A stretch of 64,000 bases of DNA from assembly GCF_023055435.1 (NCBI RefSeq), contig NW_025963779.1, forward strand, positions 18,600,001-18,664,000, given 5' to 3'. Origin of the DNA: Haliotis rufescens (lineage: Eukaryota). Under the pieces are notes generated by a model that had not been told where the DNA came from, did no database searches, and saw only the letters and a program-made list of their open reading frames with translations. The position numbers and the translations under genes are program-made. Every line of letters starts with the position of its first letter. The stretch's first letter is position 1. Below, piece by piece: positions 1 through 10,586 of the stretch.

Positions 1-49
1 GTTAACCCTGTTTTGTCTGTAAATTTATTTAGTTTTGTTTCATCCACAG

Positions 50-582
50 GGGACATAGCTGTGCCTGACCCATCAAGAGGGACTGTGACATATGATGCAG
101 TGATTATCTCCCATGAGGACGATGCCGAGAAAGTCAACGAACTCAAGAGACACTTGAACAGTCTTATGTTGTTTGACGAAAAGTTGGCCTCTGTCGCCAT
201 CGAAGATGATGGACCTGACAGAGGGAAAGGAGAAGTCTCCTACTTCGAGGATTGGCTGAAGAAAGCGCAAATAATGTTTTTTTTTATGACCCAAAGATTT
301 TGTGAAGAACGTTTTTGTTGCTTCAAAAAGGATGTTGCATTATCAGAATCGTTTTTTTATGAAGGTAGTAAAAAGGAATTTGTGATTCCTATTTTCTTGA
401 GCAAAAAACATAAACTCCGGTTCTTAACGCCCTCAATACGAGCAATAAAGGGTATTGAGTATCTTGATTGCAATTGGACTGACAGTGTGGCTGAAAGATT
501 CAAACAGAATTTGAACAGTGCTCGTCGTAAGAGACAAGAAGATTCAGTTGATGAAAAAATGTCAAATTTGACAATTAATTAG
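50..582 (+). CDS. Terminal coding exon of a TIR-domain protein (TICAM/TRAM-like adaptor type); upstream exons lie outside the window
   Basis: Polypyrimidine tract plus acceptor ...tttcatccacAG at 48-49 (phase 1); open frame to TAG at 580-582. Box-1-like YDAVIISHEDD, then FFFMTQRFCEE..CCF and FVIPIF, align by eye with the TRAM/TICAM TIR pattern (FVILHAEDD...LLLTENF..WCNF...SVIP). Confidence 0.75.
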
Positions 583-598
583 ACACTACAGTAATAAG

Positions 599-1104
599 CA
601 GAGCTCCAGATAAGCTTTTGGTGTTGTGGGTATTTTACCCATGCATTTTAAAATCATTGGGTATCAGTAATTCTATCTGGGTATTCAAATTTCTGTTACC
701 CACTAGTTTTTACACATGTGGGTATTTAAGTTAAATATTTAAAAACACTATTCATCCAGTCCCTGCAAACTGGTGTTGTGTGGGTTTGAGAGCTTTATAG
801 GACTCAAAAATACCACGATACTTCCACACGAAAGTGTGATGGCAAATGATCATGATGTGACTGTCATCGTGGAGTTTGGCAAGGTTGACGAAATGCCCGT
901 TTATAATTTCAAAATAAGTTGCTGATTTGCTAATCGAATACGCAGGGTTACTTCACAATATTTTGATGATACGCACAAATATTATTTTTGTAGCGTATCT
1001 GTAATGTTCGTTGCGTATTTGATACGCTTGGATTATATTTTACTGCATATTTCTGCATTTCTGATGCGTATTTCACGCAGATACGCAGCTTATCTGGAGC
1101 TCTG
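599..1104. mobile_element. MITE / non-autonomous DNA transposon with 18-bp perfect TIRs and a 6-bp TSD, just after the TIR-gene stop codon
   Basis: TIR CAGAGCTCCAGATAAGCT at 599-616 and its reverse complement at 1087-1104; AATAAG duplicated at 593-598 and 1105-1110. Confidence 0.85.
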
Positions 1105-1611
1105 AATAAGTCCATAACCATAAGACTGATAATGAAGCAAATCTTAGATACCATATTTGTCATGTTAAGTGCTCCTGACCAACTTCAAAACGAATCTGTA
1201 GGTATTCTTTATAAAAGGCCCATAATTTCTTGTATCTCTTACAGACTGTTTTAACAGGCAGCAAAGCAATGTAGAAAGAGTATGTTATTTTTGCCTACTA
1301 GCTGTTATCAAAAAAATTTCATTGACATTTAAACTAAGTTTGTTCTCAGCTGCTCGACCTCTCACAACATAATTAACATGTTGTACATGGTTTTAATAAG
1401 AGCCCTCTGTGTCAATTTTTTATACACCAAGGGCACTTTTTACTGCGAATATGGTATTCATTTATTTAAAAAGAGTGTGTCTTTGTTTTCTCAGAATGTT
1501 CTATTATGTTGTCCTGGTAGGAAGAGTTAATGGATAACACACAAGAAGCAGTCAGTGATATGTTCACCACAAACTGAAATCATAGTTTTACATGAAGCGA
1601 AGTCATCTGTG

Positions 1612-1920
1612 TTGGTTACCTGTGGATGATCTAGTGGATAGAGTACTGTACAGTGATTGGAAGGTCGGTGCTTCGATCCCCAGCCATGTGACACCAAAAG
1701 ATGTTAAAAGGAGATACTTGTTGTTACCCTGCCTGGCGATAAAACAAGAACTGGTCGGCCCGAAGTCAGTATACTGTGTCAAGAGGGGGTATCTATGTTA
1801 CACTGTGACATGGTATTTCAGTGGGCTACCACTATTAAACTTGCATTCCAGACTAGTACAAGCAGCCACGCACACATGCACACACACTTTTCATTTCACT
1901 CCATTTCACCTCACCTCATT
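1612..1920 (+). mobile_element. tRNA-derived SINE, family M (MetaSINE-like body), degenerate
   Basis: A/B-box-like head (ctagtggatagag...ttcgatccc), body ctggtcggcccgaagtcagtatactgtg, (CACCT/TTCAC)n tail; homologous to 2887-3223. Confidence 0.65.
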
Positions 1921-2559
1921 TGTGTCAGCCTATGTCTCCCACAATGCTCCACAATCTGGAAGCCATTATGGCGTTGATATCAGGACTTTTGAAAAACTGA
2001 GGCAATGTATTGCTGTTAACTTGAGTATTCATTATGATTGACAAACATCATGACATTTTACTTTCCAGCCAAACTATGTCGGTTGTTAAAGACTTGAATC
2101 CAACTTGCTGTGACTGTATAAGGCCTTATATATTTCTTAGTTGGTTTATGAAACGACTGAAATTAGAAGGGGTTTTACATTTACGTAATGGTCAGAAATG
2201 GTGAATAATATGTATAATTCTGTATTTTTAAAAAAAAACAACATCATTTTTCATTCGGTATCTTACCATATTAAACATTTATAAACTTCTTCTTTCATTC
2301 ATTATTAGCAGGACTAACCTGGAAGTTGAATTCTTTTCATTTTATTTTTTCGACCACCTACATGTACATTGAATTTTAGGCCACAAATTTTGTAAACCAA
2401 CTTATAAAAAATGAATAGGCCTAAGTAAGTGGCTATGTTATGTTCAGTCTTTCATCCTTTTTTTGTGGGCCCACTGCAGGCAGTTAACTGTAGACAGTGT
2501 AGGTACAAGGTGGCTATCACTACCAGACAATGCCATGCAGGTGATAATACCAACAAACA

Positions 2560-2812
2560 AGGGATAGAACAGGTCTTCAGCAACCCATGCCTGCCGTAAA
2601 AGGCGACTATGCTTGTCGTACGAGGCGACTAAAGGGATCGGGTGGTCAGGCTCGCTGACTTGGTTGATGCATGTCATCGTATCCCAATTGCATGGATCGA
2701 TGCTCATGATGTCAATCTCTGGATTGTCTGGTCCAGACCCGATTATTTACAGACCGCCATCACATAGCTTGATTATTGCTGAGTGCGGCGTTAAACAACA
2801 AACAAACAAAAC
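2560..2812 (+). mobile_element. Non-tRNA short retroposon, family P (pseudoknot-like head), slightly 5'-truncated
   Basis: gg.tagaa.aggtcttcagcaacccatgc...gtcgtacgaggcgactaa...gagtgcggcgttaaa(CAAA)n; homologous to 63324-63595 and 6970-7145. Confidence 0.8.
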
Positions 2813-2886
2813 AAAAGGCAAGAAACAAATAATCAGTTTGTTGTGTCTTTACTGTTATTCCTCATGTTTTTAGCTTGGATGAAATA

Positions 2887-3223
2887 GGTGGGTGAGGTGA
2901 AATGGTGTTTAATGTCGTGTTCAAGATTATTGCACTGATATAAAGACGTGCATGCACTTGAGTGTGTGTGGCTGCTTGTACTAGTCCGGACTGATGCCGA
3001 TTTATAGTGCTAGCCCACTGAGATACCATGCCGCAGCTTAACCAGAATACCCCACTCAGACACAGTATACTGACTCCAAGCCGACCAGTCCTTGTTTAAT
3101 CCCCTTAATGCCGAGCACCAGGCAGGGTAACAACAAGTCTTTTGGCATGACGCGGCCGGGGATCAAACCCCGGACCTTTCGCTCTCCTGGCAGACGCTCT
3201 ACCACTGGACCAGAGAGGCAGTC
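2887..3223 (-). mobile_element. tRNA-derived SINE, family M, full length with 13-bp TSD
   Basis: CTTGGATGAAATA duplicated at 2874-2886 and 3224-3236; tRNA-like head at about 3150-3223 on the minus strand. Body resembles mollusc Meta-domain SINEs (family name from memory). Confidence 0.8.
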
Positions 3224-3832
3224 CTTGGATGAAATAATTCTACCTGGTGATACACTTCCCTCCTGACAACTGTGTATTTAGCTTTGTTATGGGCATGGAT
3301 CCCAAACTCCATTTGAATTTGCAAGTACGAATGTCGAAGATAATGTTTCATTGGTAATGATCTTGTGTTGAAATTGTCAATTTCATGTCTCATCTCTGGA
3401 AGTTTGTTATGTAGAGTGATAAGCTTATGAACTTGTATTAGATTTAATTTGAGTCATGTGACTTTAACGAAAGAGGCCCTATATGGGTGGATCTCTATAA
3501 TCAACATCACAACCTCATCTTGTGATTATATTTCTGTGATTTCAGGGTTGCTAAGTATGACAGTGCTTTAAGGTTTTGGGTAAGCGTTTCGGAATATGTG
3601 AGGCCCCTTACAGGTGTTTTAAGCATATATGTTTAGACTTGTTTTGTTGAGATTTTATTTTAACAAAGTTTTGCTTGGTTGTGCAATCATGGGGCACTTG
3701 CTTCAGACTTTCTTCCTACAATTTTCCAAACCAGTTTCAAATGGATGATCCAGCTGAGCACAGCCTCATGGTAAAGCCAGTTTCTTAACAAAGAAAGGAG
3801 ATATTCAGCTTAATGTTTAGCTTATCTTGCCC

Positions 3833-4555
3833 CATCTTCCCGACGCAAGAGAGTTAACTGACATTCTACCATGAATTTGGAATTTATTCGATTCTGATTG
3901 GTCAATCAGAGGCTATTAAATCACAATAAACCCCCTCTGATTGAAACTGCTGGTTTGAAGGCCGCATCACCGCGGAAGCTAATATTCATAGAATAGTACT
4001 ATTTTCAGTCATTGTCGGTAGGCATATTTAAAAAATTATATCTACAATTACAGGTTACAAAATGCACAGATGCGGTTACTACAATATTCAAAGGATGTGT
4101 GGCAATACATTTCGTGCGGAAAAACATGACAGAAATCAAAAAGGGAATGTATTTACGTTTTGGAGACAACAGAGAGCTTGGAATTTTGGCGCTTTTCTAT
4201 ATGTCATAATGGTGACGTGAGATGTAGAGCGAAAGCCTTGCAAAGCTTGCTTTGTTTTCTTTAGGGATGCCACCTCATGTTAGCTTACCAAGTTGCCGTG
4301 CTTATATGCTTTCAATGCCTGTCATATGTTCGAGTGAAGTATAACAGTGTAAACAAACTGCTTGAGTATATACAGCACCATATTTTGTTCGGTGATTCCG
4401 TAATTCAGATCAATAACCCACTGAAAACACTGAACTCAACACATGTCATAGACTTGTTAGTACAGCCAAAACATAACTCCATATTACCAGTCTAGTTGGG
4501 CAAGGGTGGAAACTGGACTTTTATAGTTAGTTAACTCCCTTGCCTCGGGAAGATG
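3833..4555. mobile_element. Non-autonomous DNA transposon, family F (TIR CATCTTCCCGAGGCAAG..., 9-bp TSD)
   Basis: TIRs CATCTTCCCGACGCAAGAGAGTTAACTGAC / GTTAGTTAACTCCCTTGCCTCGGGAAGATG; perfect TSD ATCTTGCCC at 3824-3832 and 4556-4564. Confidence 0.85.
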
Positions 4556-4859
4556 ATCTTGCCCTGGATGAGCTTGTGTCTTTGGGAGATTTTTGTCATG
4601 GTCATTATTTTGTTGACTTCTAGTGCAAAACTGATTCAGCTGGAACTGTCTGTAGGTGTTCAAAGTTACTTCATAAACATTGCAGTTAAAGAATTCTTTC
4701 TTAGCCAGATAACGTCTATTCTACGGTGGCCCATAAGGGAAATTGAGTCTGTTTTTCAATATTTTGATATTTCACTTACTGTTATCGTAACCTTTTGCAA
4801 ATTACATGGTTTGTCATGTGATAAATCATGTATAAAGAATATATTGAATCGCTGAAAAG

Positions 4860-4982
4860 TGAAGCGAAAATGTCAAAAACAAAAACGAAATGGTCAAAAA
4901 CTAAAATGAAAATGTCAAAAACAAAACCGAAACAGTCAAAAACAAATGCGAAAATGTCAAAAACTAAAATGAAAATACAGAA
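4860..4982. repeat. 21-bp A-rich tandem repeat (about 5.5 copies)
   Basis: aaaatgtcaaaaacaaaaacg-like units; these explain the spurious low-complexity ORFs at 4782-5043. Confidence 0.8.
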
Positions 4983-5829
4983 AACTATTTCCACCGTGCC
5001 ACCGTACTATTCACATGTTCGTGTTTTGTGCTGTACATTCTAACTGACATGAAGTATCAGCCATTGTAAATTATCATGATTATTGTAAAAAAATGATATT
5101 TGTCTTTGAAGATCATTCAGACTTGCTCAATGTTTTGTATGTATCAGCATTACATCACATAACTTGATGACATATAACCACTCTAACATCACTCCTGGGG
5201 AGTGTTCAGTTATCTTAACGTAAACCTATCTACCTTCTTGTAGCTATCATGTTTCCCAGGCCTTTGTTGTTGTACTGCTTGCTTCCTTTCCAAAACTAGT
5301 TTTGATGTGAGAAATGAAAATTATCAATACAATTGAAATACCCGTATTAGTATTAAGTGATCTCTACAAATATCTTCAGTTGTATGAAGTGAAAGAAATG
5401 GGTATTCTTGTAATCAAGTCAAACTGATGAATTTTTGTTTTGTTTGTCCACTACTCATGGTAGTAAACACACTTCTTGAGTGATTGTTCGCAAACTTCTC
5501 AATTTGGTGGATCTGTAAACCAAGGACGTAATTCTTTTATTCCTAATAACAGCGACATTTCCATAATCATAAGAAACCTCTGCAAAGTGCACATTCTATT
5601 GTACAATTTGGACTTTAGCATTAATCACTCTCAATTAGTACTGATACCAGGTGTGTGTGAAGAGGTGAAGAGGTGAGCGTATCCTGCCCCACCTGTGTGC
5701 CTGCCTCCATGTAGTTTTATTTTGTTACACTTTACACAATGTAGGTGCAATCTAATAGATATAGTAGACTTTAATTTGGGAATGTGCAGTTCAGGGGTAC
5801 ACAAGAGAGGTGTAGTGTTATTAGTCGAA

Positions 5830-6091
5830 GACCGCCTCCGTGGTCTAATGGTAGAGCGTCCGCCCGGAGAGCGGAAGGTCCAGGGTTTGATCCCCGCCGC
5901 GTCATACCAAAAGACGTTAAAAGATGGTACTTGTTGTTAACCTCTCTGGCGCTCGACATTAAGGGGCTAAACAAGGACTGGTCGGCTCGATTCCCGACAT
6001 TGGTACAATGTGTGAAGCCCATTTCTGGTGTCCCCCGCCGTGATATTGCTGGAATATTGCTAAAAGCGGCGTAAACGCATACTCACTCACT
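5830..6091 (+). mobile_element. Chimeric SINE: family M head/body fused to family D body/tail
   Basis: 5830 to about 5987 matches family M; the sequence switches at tcgattccc to family D (acattggtacaatgtgtgaagcccatttctggtg...cggcgtaaa..actcactcac). Confidence 0.75.
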
Positions 6092-6184
6092 TAAGCTTCA
6101 CCCCTGAGTTTTGTCTTGCGTCGTCCACCTGAACTACCAACCGAGGGCAAAACACACCCTTGGAAACTACCGACACAGTCTTCT

Positions 6185-6430
6185 GGACACTGTCCAGTGA
6201 CTGACAGGATGACAGTTGCAGCTGATGACGTCACCTTGATGATAATATCCCTCAGATGTAGCGTTTTCCTGGGTGTAGGTGACACGATGTCTGCCACTCC
6301 TAGGACACTGTCCAGTGACAGAATGACAGTTGCAGCTGATGACGTCACCTTGATGATAATATTCCTCAGATGTTGCGTTTTCCTGGGTGTAGGTGACACG
6401 ATGTCTGCCACTCCTAGGTCCTGTCCAGTG
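6185..6430. repeat. Tandem duplication of about 114-118 bp (2 copies)
   Basis: ggacactgtccagtgac...gatgtctgccactcctag repeated starting at 6185 and 6303. Confidence 0.85.
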
Positions 6431-6969
6431 TGCCTCTAACGACCATGAGCGCAGCTACAGCCAAAACTCCTGGCGACATGGTCATGCGTTGCTCCTTGAT
6501 GTATCAATGGCTTGTTCTTTCATTTGTACTGTATCTCAGCATGATATGTGTCACTATCTAACGGTTTTGGTGTGAATGAACAGTACATCGTTCCTTATAT
6601 ATCCGTAACTTTTTCAGTTGGCATGCTGCAAGTGAAGAAAAAATTTCACTTCAAACTCAAGTTCCACTAATCTGGGTATTATAGCACGTGCATTACTCAC
6701 CAAACTGTTTTGGTTGTGTTTGGGCGATCTATAAAGTTATTATGTTTCAGTGAACATAGGTTCAATTTGAAATGTGCCGTAAAAAGAAATTTCAGCTCTT
6801 TTAAAAAGAAAAAAATCTCAGCCCCTAAAAATGAATGGGACTCTACAACAAGAACTACTTGCTATGAACACGAATCTATTACCTAAACAAACGTGTCTTA
6901 AGAAATATGTACAGGATAAAATAGATTGTATATCTTGGGCTATATACATAAGAAAAATATTTTCAAATA

Positions 6970-7146
6970 CCCGTGAAGATCCGGGGTAGAATAGGTCTTC
7001 AGCAACCCATGCTTTCCTTAAAGGCGACTAACGGGATCGAGTGGTCAGGCTAGCTGACTTGGTTGATGTATGTCATCAATGCCAATTGCGTGGATCGATG
7101 TTCGTGATGTCAATCACTGGATTTTCTGGTCCAGACACGATTATTT
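6970..7146 (+). mobile_element. Family P retroposon, 3'-truncated
   Basis: Starts cccgtgaagatccggggtagaataggtcttcagcaaccc; matches the 63326 copy. Confidence 0.75.
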
Positions 7147-8168
7147 AGGATGGGGTTCATAGTAGGAGTGGGATCAACCTACTCGTTAATCTCTCATGTA
7201 TGCAATCCCCCACCTACTACCGGTATATATATTTTGTACCATGTTCATTATTTAGCCTTGATCGACAACGGTCTAAGAATCTACCGAAACGTCGCCTTTA
7301 CAGTAAATAAAGAAGTTGTTATCTATAAATTGTGTCAACTTTGTCATCTGTCAACTTCTAAGTATACTTGGTATAAGCGTCAGATAAAATAAGGGCCACG
7401 GCTAAGCCCAGTATAACCGAGGAAGATATCTGCCGAAACCATAAATCAGTACTATCAACTTTTGACTTGACTTCCAAAGCCCCGTAAATTCTGCACAAAG
7501 AGAGGTATGTTGCTGGGTCCAGCAAATATACAGAGTAAAATATACCACCAAATCCCCGTTTCAAAGATTGACCATAATCCTGAATACAATCAAGGAAGGT
7601 CTTCATTGCCCATAACGGTATGCCAATGCACACTGTTTCAGAATAATGTTGCAAATAAAAGCGACAAAACAATTTTCATAATCATAAGCAATCTCAAGCA
7701 ATTAGTGATGATATCATGTGTTCGCGAAAAGGTTACCCCCACAAACACATGCAAAGGCATGTCAGTTCTTCATCTGAACTGATGACGTCTCCTTATGCGT
7801 CATATTGAAAACTTTTTGAAAGCCTTACTGAGGCATTGAATGTTGAAATCCTGATCAAAGAACGTTTGAGCAAGAGTTGTATGACGCACTTTGAAATCTT
7901 CATAGAAGGAGCATTCTCGATTGACCTTTGTACAATGTTTTTTAACAACACACCTTTTCGATAAATACAGTTTATGTTGCAATAATATAGTAAAATGTTT
8001 CGACATTTAGTAAAAGAAAAAAATGAGAAATACATGTAATGAACATATGTAGGTTAAGTTGGGTGTAATATTTATTAATTCTGAACGAAAGCACTTGTTT
8101 TGCTTTGGTTTTTCTTTTGCTACTCTTAGTCAACTACAGCGCCGCAATCCCAAGTTATAGCACCGACC

Positions 8169-8309
8169 GGGGCTACGGATGGCCCAGTCGTCTAAGGCGC
8201 TGCGATTCGCTGTGCAGAGTTGCGTCCCTTGGCCACGCCAGAAACCCATGATTGTGGGTTCGAATCGCGGTTCACCCCGATTATCTCAGCGAATCGCGGC
8301 GCCTTAGAC
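8169..8309 (+). mobile_element. Family L SINE head ending in a fold-back inversion
   Basis: Matches 55461-55575; 8287-8309 is the reverse complement of 8190-8212. Confidence 0.7.
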
Positions 8310-8401
8310 ATTTTAGAAGGGAGTTTAAACAAGTAAAGTAAGTGCTGTCAATACGAGGCAGTTTTGACAGTGATTGTGGTGGTCTCAGACTGCGTGGGGA
8401 G

Positions 8402-8560
8402 GGGGGGGGGTAGCCTAGTGGTTAAATCGTTCGCTCGCCACGCCGAAGGCCCGGGTTCGATTCTCCACATAGGCACAATGTGTGAAGCCTATTTCTGGTG
8501 TCCCCCACCGTGTATTGGTGGAATTTTGCTAAAAGCGGCGTAAAACCCTACTCACTCACT
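8402..8560 (+). mobile_element. tRNA(Asp-like)-derived SINE, family D
   Basis: gggtagcctagtggttaa (A box)...gggttcgattc (B box), body acaatgtgtgaagcc, tail cggcgtaaaa..(CACT)n. Confidence 0.85.
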
Positions 8561-9812
8561 TTCAGACAGAGGCCTTCAAGTTGCCACCTTGCCATTCATG
8601 TTACTACCATTATGTAGGTGTACTGAACATTACGAAATAAAAGTGTAATGGACCCATATATGGGCTACTGTATTTGAAGAGCAGGTATCACGTATTTAAC
8701 CTCGGGGTACAATTTTGGGTGAAACTGGCTGCCATACATGTTTATCCTCAAAGGTTTGAGGTTTATGATATTATGCATGGATGCCAGGCGCTCTCACCGC
8801 CAGTGATTTAGTTTACTCAGAAGCTTAGATGATTAATGTGAGCAGGACTTACATATTTGTTGTACAGTCAAGTCCCGTTAATCCGACATGATTGGTTGCA
8901 TATGATTATGTCGGATTAACGAATATGTCGAATAAACGAAATTAAGTAGTTTCAACTTTTGTGACCGAAAATAGGACAACTACACGATAAATACCAATTC
9001 AAACACGTTGTAACAAAAAAAATGAAATATTCACATTATGTTACATTGTTAGCGGAATATGTTTTCAAATCATGCAACGTCTAACGCTTAAAACAAAACT
9101 TCTGTTATGAGCTGTATGACAATTCAAAATACGTTAAAAGCATAGTCTGGAATGGAAGTCCCCAGTTTGAAACTAATGCCGCAAAGCTCAAGAAAGCTGC
9201 CTTCTTAGTGGCTAATGTCGACTTCCTGTTAGTCATTTCATTGGTCGGTCAAAGTTCGCGAAAATGTAATCGGATGTCCTCGGCGGTAGCGAGAATTTGT
9301 ATCTGATTTTAATGGGATTGAGGTAATCTAAGCATGTGATTAATCCTGTTTTGTTCATTTAAAGCATTAATTGTTTATTGTTAAGCAAGTTTATCTCTAC
9401 AGCCATTGTATGTATTTGGTTTTCCTACGTTTCGCTTTCCCGGGGTGATAGAGATATGCATGTAAGCATGCATGCTTTTTGTGTGAAAGGTTGAAATATA
9501 ATTATGATTATATATCGTATCAAAACAGACGTGGTATCAGCATATTTCAATATTGCCATTTTCATCACTTTGTTCCTGTCCTCTACTAGAGCCTCAAGAG
9601 TTACCTTTTAAATGTCTACGATAAGCCACCAGTACGGGAAATATATATCTTGCGCCCAGTAAATATATCTTGTTGATTCAATAGTGTTATTCATGTATGT
9701 TTTCTTTATGAACAGACACGCAAACTTATGAATGTAATTAAACATGTCACAACGTGGTTGTTACCAAGTCTTTCAAAATTAGTCTTTCCCCACATACATA
9801 TCATGTTATAAC

Positions 9813-10185
9813 CAGCGTTCGAAATACCTGCCTGCCCGACCGTCCGAGACGGGTTGATTTCAACTCGGGCTGAGAGATTTTCAAATCCCCCTGCCCGACG
9901 GTCGGGTTATATTTCATAGGTGAAAATATTCTAAATATTTCCCGATGATAAGCATTAATTCACATGTAAAGATGAATGATAAAATGTAACCAAACAGAAA
10001 CCCCGTTAGCTTTTAGACAACCTAACCTTTAGCGATGCGCTTATGCTACAAGCAATCAGTTTTCATATTTTTAATTAAATTATCCTGAGAAACATATGAT
10101 TATAGTGGGCAGGCAGGTTTTGGTCAGGGCTGGCAAGTATTTCAGCTAGCCAGTCCTGTGGGAGTTTTGGGAGTTTCATACCCTG
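9813..10185. mobile_element. Probable hAT-like MITE
   Basis: Imperfect TIRs CAGCGTTCGAAA / TTTCATACCCTG; TTATAAC duplicated at 9806-9812 and 10186-10192; subterminal tgccc/gggca repeats. Confidence 0.55.
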
Positions 10186-10586
10186 TTATAACTATTGTGT
10201 AGTAAACGTCACAGAAAACAAAACTCCACTTTTAAAAGAAACATATTTCATTCTTTATTCATGTACCAGAAGCAACCTGACATACATTTATACCAGGACA
10301 GGTGACACATTGGTAAACGATTAATTATTCTAGATGATGACATGCGTAGTGAAAACATTTTTTCTAAACAGTCACTCGACGACGTGCAAAGGACATTCCA
10401 TTTGGAAGGTAGGTCGGCATACCGCTTGTGTGGCTGCCGGCACAGCATGTTTGGCCTTCCACTGAGATCACTACCAGTGATCACTACCGATCACCACAAA
10501 CCAGGGGGTCTTGATGTCGAACACAAACTGTGTCAAGAAGTGATCATAACATTACAAACTATCAAACCAAAATCTGATGATATAAA

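Noticed and set aside
4782-5043. Lys-rich or hydrophobic small proteins
   Set aside because: They arise from a 21-bp A-rich tandem repeat.
6185-6430. Hammerhead/retrozyme in the tandem repeat containing CTGATGA
   Set aside because: No appropriately placed GAAA or closing stems were found.
8863-8945. pogo-like element beginning TA|CAGTCAAGTCCCGTTAATCCGAC
   Set aside because: Only one terminus could be found, so no boundaries can be supported.
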